A stretch of 64,000 nucleotides of DNA from an uncultured Actinomycetota bacterium (GTDB lineage Bacteria; Actinomycetota; Humimicrobiia; Humimicrobiales; Humimicrobiaceae): positions 71,603 to 135,602 of the forward strand of contig CAZRVN010000003.1 of the NCBI GenBank assembly GCA_964603595.1, in the 5' to 3' direction. Both the position numbers and the translations under genes were made by a program. Of this stretch, positions 58,741 through 64,000 are shown piece after piece. The first letter of the stretch is position 1. The number at the start of each line of letters is the position of its first letter. Below the pieces are notes generated by a model, which ran no database searches, was not told the DNA's origin, and worked only from the letters and a program-made list of their open reading frames with translations.

Positions 58741-59619
58741 GTGAATATGAATAAGAAGATTATTGATAAAAAAATATTCAGGTGTCCTGCCTGCGGGGAC
58801 GAAAACTTATTATTTGAAAAAAGCATAATAAAATGTGGTAAATGTGGTGCTTTTTATAAATTTAATAGCGGCAGATACTTTTTTGTAGATGGAGCCGTCT
58901 TACCTGATGATTTCGTTGATAAACTTAAATACAGATTTAAAAAATTCAGTGTTTTTTACACTTTTCTGATAAGAGTTATAAGTCCAGTTTTTACAGGTAA
59001 CCAGCTGGTTAGATTCGTTAAAGCTTACGTTACCGGGAGGGCTGGCACATTCCTTAATCTTGGCAGCGGGAACAGGTTGCTTTCACCTGAAATAATAAAT
59101 GTTGATATCTTCCCTTATAATAATGTCGATATCGTCGCAGATATCCAGAAGCTTCCTGTAGCAGATGAAAAAATCGATACTGTCATATGTTCTGCAGTTC
59201 TTGAACATGTAAAAAATCCTTATAGCGTGGTAAATGAAATTTACAGGGTATTGAAAGAAGGTGGCCGGACGTATTGTTATATGCCGTTTATATGCGGATT
59301 CCATGCAAGCCCGGATGACTATACAAGATTAACATATGAGGGCATGAAAGTTTTATTTAAGGACTTTAAGATTATTGAACTGGGAGTTGGCGGAGGTCCT
59401 ACAAGTGGATTATTGTGGGTGCTTCAGGAGTGGCTTGCAACATTGCTGTCTTTTGGATTAAAAAAGCTTCATTTCGTATTTTATGTTTTTTTTATGTTAA
59501 TAACCTTTCCATTAAAGTACTTTGATATTATTCTTTCAAAGTTTCCAACGGCAAGAAACATTGCCAGCGGGTTTTATATAATTGCAAGAAAAAAGAAGAA
59601 GGTTGGTAATAATATATGA
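58741..59619 (+). CDS. class I SAM methyltransferase with N-terminal Cys4 zinc-ribbon
   Basis: The N-terminal Cys4 segment is a C-x2-C…C-x2-C ribbon at ≈58783-58845. Methyltransf_11-like core (FLNLGSG…DTVICSAVLEHVKNP…LKEGG). Confidence 0.7.
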   Translation: MNMNKKIIDKKIFRCPACGDENLLFEKSIIKCGKCGAFYKFNSGRYFFVDGAVLPDDFVDKLKYRFKKFSVFYTFLIRVISPVFTGNQLVRFVKAYVTGRAGTFLNLGSGNRLLSPEIINVDIFPYNNVDIVADIQKLPVADEKIDTVICSAVLEHVKNPYSVVNEIYRVLKEGGRTYCYMPFICGFHASPDDYTRLTYEGMKVLFKDFKIIELGVGGGPTSGLLWVLQEWLATLLSFGLKKLHFVFYVFFMLITFPLKYFDIILSKFPTARNIASGFYIIARKKKKVGNNI

Positions 59620-59699
59620 AAAATTTTTATATATCTGTCAGGAATTAATAAGGACTAGTTTTTTATAATTAATTTAAGCTCGTTATAGCAGGTATTAAA

Positions 59700-60407
59700 A
59701 TGAAAAATATATACAGTAAAAGTTTTTTTGAAAGTAACACTGCATGGAAACTGGTTAAGAAATACGAAGTAGATAAATTAATAAGATATTCAATAGACGA
59801 CCGGAATGTGATGGAGATAGGACTTGGAAACGGCTTTACGACAGAATTATTATCAGATCATTTTCAAAAGGTTATTGCTGTTGATATCTCAGGAGGAGTG
59901 ATTGAATATGTAAAGAAAAAATTGGTTACAAGAAAGAATATTGTATATATAAATAGTCCTATTGATAAACTGGATTTTAATTTTACGGTTTATAATTTTT
60001 ATTTGGGGCACATTTTAGAGCACCTGGAATTTCCAGTAAAGTTATTGCTCAATATAAAAAAAATAATAAAAAGCGAAACTATAGGTTATATATCTGTACC
60101 AAATAGTAATTCAATACACAGACAAATAGGGGTGGAGATGGGACTGCTTGAGAGCGTGAATACCCTGAATGAAAATGATATAAAATTTGGGCACAGGAGA
60201 TTATACAATTTGAAAAAAATTAAAAATCATATAAAAAAAGCGGGATTTAATATATTAAAGATTGGCGGTTGTTTTTTAAAGACGATGACTTATGAACAGA
60301 TCAACAGGTTTTGCAGTGAAGAGCTTATAAAAGGGTTCATAGAGATAGCCGATAAGTACCCGGAAATAAGTGGAGATATTTATGCAATTGTTAAAAAAGG
60401 TAATTAA
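59700..60407 (+). CDS. class I SAM-dependent methyltransferase
   Basis: MEIGLGNGFTTE motif I and HILEHLEFP motif. 235 aa. Confidence 0.7.
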   Translation: MKNIYSKSFFESNTAWKLVKKYEVDKLIRYSIDDRNVMEIGLGNGFTTELLSDHFQKVIAVDISGGVIEYVKKKLVTRKNIVYINSPIDKLDFNFTVYNFYLGHILEHLEFPVKLLLNIKKIIKSETIGYISVPNSNSIHRQIGVEMGLLESVNTLNENDIKFGHRRLYNLKKIKNHIKKAGFNILKIGGCFLKTMTYEQINRFCSEELIKGFIEIADKYPEISGDIYAIVKKGN

Positions 60408-61590
60408 TTCTTATACAGGTAAAATTCTAATTTTAGGTGCAGGAGTTTACCAGATCCCTTTAATAAAAAAAGCAAAGGAAATGGGGCTGAAAACAATTGT
60501 TGTAAGTTGCAGGGGTAATTACCCAGGATTTAATATAGCAGATAAGAATTATTATGTAGATACGACCAGTTCTGAGGAGGTACTTGATATTGCCAGAAAA
60601 GAGCATATTAGTGGAATATGTACAACGGGCTCAGATGTGCCTATGGTGACACTGGGGAAAGTTGCTGATGAATTAAAACTGGTGGGTATTACTGAAAAAT
60701 CGGGGATTTTAAGTACCAATAAAGTAAGAATGAAGGAAAGATTTAAAAAATATAATGTGAGAGCGGCTAATTTTATGAAGGCAAGCAGTGCCAGAAACAC
60801 TAAAGAAGCAGTTAATGTTTTTAAACTGCCTGTAGTTTTTAAAGTCGTGGATAGCTCCGGCAGCAGGGGGGTATTTATTGTCAGTAAAATTAAAGAGATA
60901 GATAATATAATTAAGGCAGCGCGTTCCGAAACAAAGAAAAATTATTTCATTGTTGAGGAGTTTCTGGAAGGTAGGGAGTTTGGAGCGCAGGCACTTGTTT
61001 ATAATAATGAGGTCAAGTTTATTCTCCCTCATGGTGATTTTGTTTTCAAGGCAAATACGAATATTCCTGTGGGCCATTTTGTACCGATTAAATTGAAAAA
61101 AAATATTGTTAGAGATTTATATACACAATTAAAAAGGTCGATAAGGTCATTAGAGCTAAATAATTGCGCAATTAATGCAGACTTTATTTTAAAGGATAAT
61201 AAAGTCTTCGTCCTGGAAATTGGAGCAAGGGCAGGAGCAACCTGCCTTTCAGAACTGGTTTCTATTTATTTTGGCTTTAATTATTACCAGTTGATTATAA
61301 ATATGGCTCTGGGTAAAGAACCTGATTTTCGTTTTAGGAGAAAGCTGCCAAATGCAAGCATGCTTCTTTTTTCTAATAAGTCTGGGAATATCAGGAAGAT
61401 AATAGATAAAAATATACCTGATGAAGATATAGTCGAGATTAAGTTTGATTATGGTGTGGGGGACAGGGTTAAAAAGTTTAGGGTCGGGTCAGATAGGATA
61501 GGGCATATAATTGTTAAGGGGAATACTTTAAAAGATGCCTTAAATTTACTGAGAAAAGTTAGAAAAAATATTTTCATTCAAGTTGAATGA
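60370..61590 (+). CDS. ATP-grasp family ligase, copy 2 (paralogue of 50727-51878)
   Basis: …FKLPVVFKVVDSSGSRGVFIV…YFIVEEFLEGREFGAQ… has the same architecture as copy 1. Overlaps the upstream methyltransferase by 38 nt and the downstream aminotransferase by 8 nt. Confidence 0.75.
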   Translation: MEIFMQLLKKVINSYTGKILILGAGVYQIPLIKKAKEMGLKTIVVSCRGNYPGFNIADKNYYVDTTSSEEVLDIARKEHISGICTTGSDVPMVTLGKVADELKLVGITEKSGILSTNKVRMKERFKKYNVRAANFMKASSARNTKEAVNVFKLPVVFKVVDSSGSRGVFIVSKIKEIDNIIKAARSETKKNYFIVEEFLEGREFGAQALVYNNEVKFILPHGDFVFKANTNIPVGHFVPIKLKKNIVRDLYTQLKRSIRSLELNNCAINADFILKDNKVFVLEIGARAGATCLSELVSIYFGFNYYQLIINMALGKEPDFRFRRKLPNASMLLFSNKSGNIRKIIDKNIPDEDIVEIKFDYGVGDRVKKFRVGSDRIGHIIVKGNTLKDALNLLRKVRKNIFIQVE

Positions 61591-62803
61591 TTTTTGGTTG
61601 AAAAGCGAATTTTATAGAAATTCATTAAAGAAAGAGATTTTTAGTATGGATAATATAAATATTCCATTTAACAGGCCTTCCATACTGGGGAAGGAATTGG
61701 AGTATATAAGACAGGCGGTAGAAAGCGGGAAGATTAGCGGGGATGGGATTTTTAGCAGAAAATGTGCAGAAATGATGCATGAAAGATATGGGGTGAAAAA
61801 AGTGCTGCTGACAACATCCTGCTCGACTGCCCTGGATATGTCTTCTATTTTAATAAATATTAAACATGGAGATGAGGTTATTTTACCTTCATATACCTTT
61901 GTTTCTACGGCAAATTCGTTTTATTCAAGAGGTGCGAAATTAAAGTTCGTAGATATAAGAGAAGATACTTTAAATATTGATGAAAGTAAAATTAAAGAAG
62001 CCATAACGCCACAAACCAGAGCTATAGCAGTTGTTCATTATGCGGGGGTATCCTGTGAGATGGATAGAATTTTAAAGATTGCGAGGAAATATGATTTATA
62101 TGTTATCGAGGATGCTGCACAGGGTATCGGATCAAAGTATAAAAAAAATTACCTTGGAACCATGGGGGATATTGGATGCATGAGTTTTCATGAAACCAAA
62201 AATATTACCTGTGGAGAGGGAGGGGCAATCCTTATAAACAACAAAAAATTTTTCGAAAGAGCCGAGATTATAAGAGAGAAAGGAACTGATAGAAGTAAAT
62301 TCTTCAGGGGTGAGGTTGATAAATATACTTGGGTGGATGTCGGCTCTTCATATTTACCATCTGAGATTTTATCGGCTTTTTTATATGCACAGCTTGAAAA
62401 TATAGGGTTGATTATAAACAGCAGGAAAGAATTATGGAGATATTATTATGATAATCTTGAAGGGCTGGAAAAAGAAGGTTTTATTAGAAGGCCTATCGTC
62501 CCCCGGGATTGCAGCCATAACGGGCACCTTTTTTATATTATTGTTAATAGTGAGGTTACAAGAGACCGGCTGCTTGAATATCTTAAAAATAAGGGAATAC
62601 TTGCGATTTTCCATTATCTGCCACTGCATCTCTCATCAATGGGCAGGAGAATGGGATACAGGGAAGGCCAGCTTCCTGTTACCGAAAAAATTTCTTCACG
62701 GCTGGTCAGGCTACCACTATTTTATGGCCTAACCAGGGGCGAGCAGGATACAGTGCTCGGTAATCTGGAAGATTTTTTTAAAAATAAAAATCCGGGTTAT
62801 TAA
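61583..62803 (+). CDS. DegT-family PLP-dependent aminotransferase, WecE-like (dTDP-4-keto-6-deoxyhexose 4-aminotransferase-type)
   Basis: …VIEDAAQGIGSKY…DIGCMSFHETKNITCGEGGAILINN… is the SFHETKN-type PLP-lysine motif, as in WecE/ArnB-like enzymes. Confidence 0.85.
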   Translation: MNDFWLKSEFYRNSLKKEIFSMDNINIPFNRPSILGKELEYIRQAVESGKISGDGIFSRKCAEMMHERYGVKKVLLTTSCSTALDMSSILINIKHGDEVILPSYTFVSTANSFYSRGAKLKFVDIREDTLNIDESKIKEAITPQTRAIAVVHYAGVSCEMDRILKIARKYDLYVIEDAAQGIGSKYKKNYLGTMGDIGCMSFHETKNITCGEGGAILINNKKFFERAEIIREKGTDRSKFFRGEVDKYTWVDVGSSYLPSEILSAFLYAQLENIGLIINSRKELWRYYYDNLEGLEKEGFIRRPIVPRDCSHNGHLFYIIVNSEVTRDRLLEYLKNKGILAIFHYLPLHLSSMGRRMGYREGQLPVTEKISSRLVRLPLFYGLTRGEQDTVLGNLEDFFKNKNPGY

Positions 62804-62838
62804 TTACAGAAGGATTTACTATCCGGGGGAAGGTAATT

Positions 62839-63597
62839 TTGAAAGACGGGGATATATACAGATATATTCTGGAAAATAAAATACCGGAAAAGCACTGGTG
62901 GTACAGGGTCAGGAATAATCTTATATATATGGTATTTAAAAAAATATTAAAATTCAGGGAAGAAAAAAATAAAAAAATACTTGATGTGGGAAGCGGTTAC
63001 GGCCAGGCATTTCATGTATTACAGAAATTTGGAGATATTTACAGCGTGGATAGTAATAAGAGTTGCACGGATTACCAGAAAAAAATCTATAAGAATGTTG
63101 TTGTATGGAACAGTGAATTCCCTGACAGCAATTCTTCAAATTATACTTATGATATAATTTGCATGTTTGATTTTCTTGAACATGTAAAGGACCCCGGCAG
63201 GATATTAGAATATTCCTACAAAATATTAAAAAAGGGAGGCTTTTTATTAATAACTGTTCCGGCATATCAATGGATGTGGACGGATTATGACGTTAAAGCG
63301 GGGCATTTTAAAAGATATTTAAGGGGCGGTTTAATATCGGAAGTTAAGAGGGCTGGTTTTAAGAGCATATATTCAACTTATTTTATGAGTCTCCTGTTTA
63401 TTTCTGCTGTAATAGTTAGAAAGATTATTGATCCCATTAGAAAGAAAAGTAAAAAGTCGCCAGTTCCTGAATTAGAGAGCCCCCCGGGTTTTTTAAATGA
63501 AACTCTATACCATATTTTTAATCTGGAAGCTCCACTAATTGGGAATAAAATATTTATACCCTTTGGTCTATCGATCCTGGGGACATTTAAGAAATGA
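62839..63597 (+). CDS. class I SAM-dependent methyltransferase
   Basis: ILDVGSGYGQ motif I and FDFLEHVKDPGRIL…LKKGG motifs. TTG start. Confidence 0.7.
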   Translation: MKDGDIYRYILENKIPEKHWWYRVRNNLIYMVFKKILKFREEKNKKILDVGSGYGQAFHVLQKFGDIYSVDSNKSCTDYQKKIYKNVVVWNSEFPDSNSSNYTYDIICMFDFLEHVKDPGRILEYSYKILKKGGFLLITVPAYQWMWTDYDVKAGHFKRYLRGGLISEVKRAGFKSIYSTYFMSLLFISAVIVRKIIDPIRKKSKKSPVPELESPPGFLNETLYHIFNLEAPLIGNKIFIPFGLSILGTFKK

Positions 63598-63634
63598 TTT
63601 GTGTAATTGATTAAGATGAAGGCGGGGTTATAGA

Positions 63635-64000
63635 ATGAAGAGTTTTAATAATCTATTTATTTTAGAAAAAAAAAGTGATTTAAAAGATTATTTTCTAATA
63701 AATTTAATCACCTTAATTATATCATTTACTTTTGCTTCCACTTTTATATTTTTAAGAGCTGGCCTGGAAGATAAGAATATATTTCTGACTCTCAAGGTTC
63801 TAATTGTCAGCTATTTTATAATTTTATTACCGCTTTTTTTATCAGGTGTATTGGGTTTTATCCGGAAAAAAGATATATCAAGTTTTATACGATATGAACC
63901 ATTCTTTTTACTGGCAGGTTTATTATTTGTAATTTTTATTTCTTTTGTATCACCTGTTATAAATTTGATAATATTTATTGAAGCTTCTGGTCTTATTTTC
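63635..64000 (+). CDS. hypothetical polytopic membrane protein, 3' partial (runs off the window; absent from the ORF track because no stop is reached)
   Basis: ATG at 63635, then 122 sense codons with no stop to position 64000. Three or more hydrophobic helices (MKSFNNLFILEKK…). Confidence 0.4.
   Translation, partial: MKSFNNLFILEKKSDLKDYFLINLITLIISFTFASTFIFLRAGLEDKNIFLTLKVLIVSYFIILLPLFLSGVLGFIRKKDISSFIRYEPFFLLAGLLFVIFISFVSPVINLIIFIEASGLIF

Noticed and set aside
1-64000. CRISPR arrays, tRNA/rRNA genes, transposases, integrases, phage genes
   Set aside because: I saw no regularly spaced direct repeats, no tRNA-like cloverleaf regions in the few intergenic gaps, and no proteins with transposase or integrase motifs. 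The region is not a classical mobile island, although absence cannot be proven by eye.

Overview
This is a 64 kb window of AT-rich bacterial DNA, roughly 30-40% GC by eye. The gene content suggests a monoderm, Firmicutes-like lineage: V-type ATPase subunits B and D, MurA, an LCP-family wall-polymer ligase and a GerMN-domain protein. The first ~9 kb is housekeeping: the end of a V-ATPase operon, then glyA-rpiB, tsaC, a dCMP deaminase, murA and an LCP gene.

From ~9 kb onward almost everything belongs to one very large cell-surface glycopolymer locus. A small PglF/CapD-dehydratase + PglC-like-transferase + reductase module sits at 9-12.5 kb. It is separated from the main locus by an unrelated block: a metallophosphoesterase, a GerMN protein and a hydantoinase A/B pair. 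The main locus then runs from 18.9 kb to the window edge.

The main locus encodes: two priming phosphoglycosyl transferases; one Wzx-like flippase; two Wzy_C (polymerase/ligase) proteins; a Wzz-like protein; at least six GT4 and three GT2 glycosyltransferases; one divergent GT-B-like protein; a GtrB-like polyprenyl-P-sugar synthase plus three GT-C-like polytopic membrane proteins; Ugd; RmlB; a short RmlC-like protein; a sugar nucleotidyltransferase; two DegT-family aminotransferases; a GNAT; a UDP-galactopyranose-mutase-like flavoprotein; five SAM methyltransferases; and a radical-SAM enzyme.

The most unusual part is a duplicated methyltransferase + ATP-grasp ligase module, one copy carrying a WecE-like aminotransferase, flanking an embedded NitT/TauT-type ABC importer. 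Also unusual are two paralogous membrane proteins that share a novel extracytoplasmic domain, one of them interrupted by a DUF4214 insertion.

I recognised no rRNA, tRNA, CRISPR array, transposase or integrase. Genes are tightly packed with many start/stop overlaps, and several start on TTG behind strong GGAGG Shine-Dalgarno sequences.
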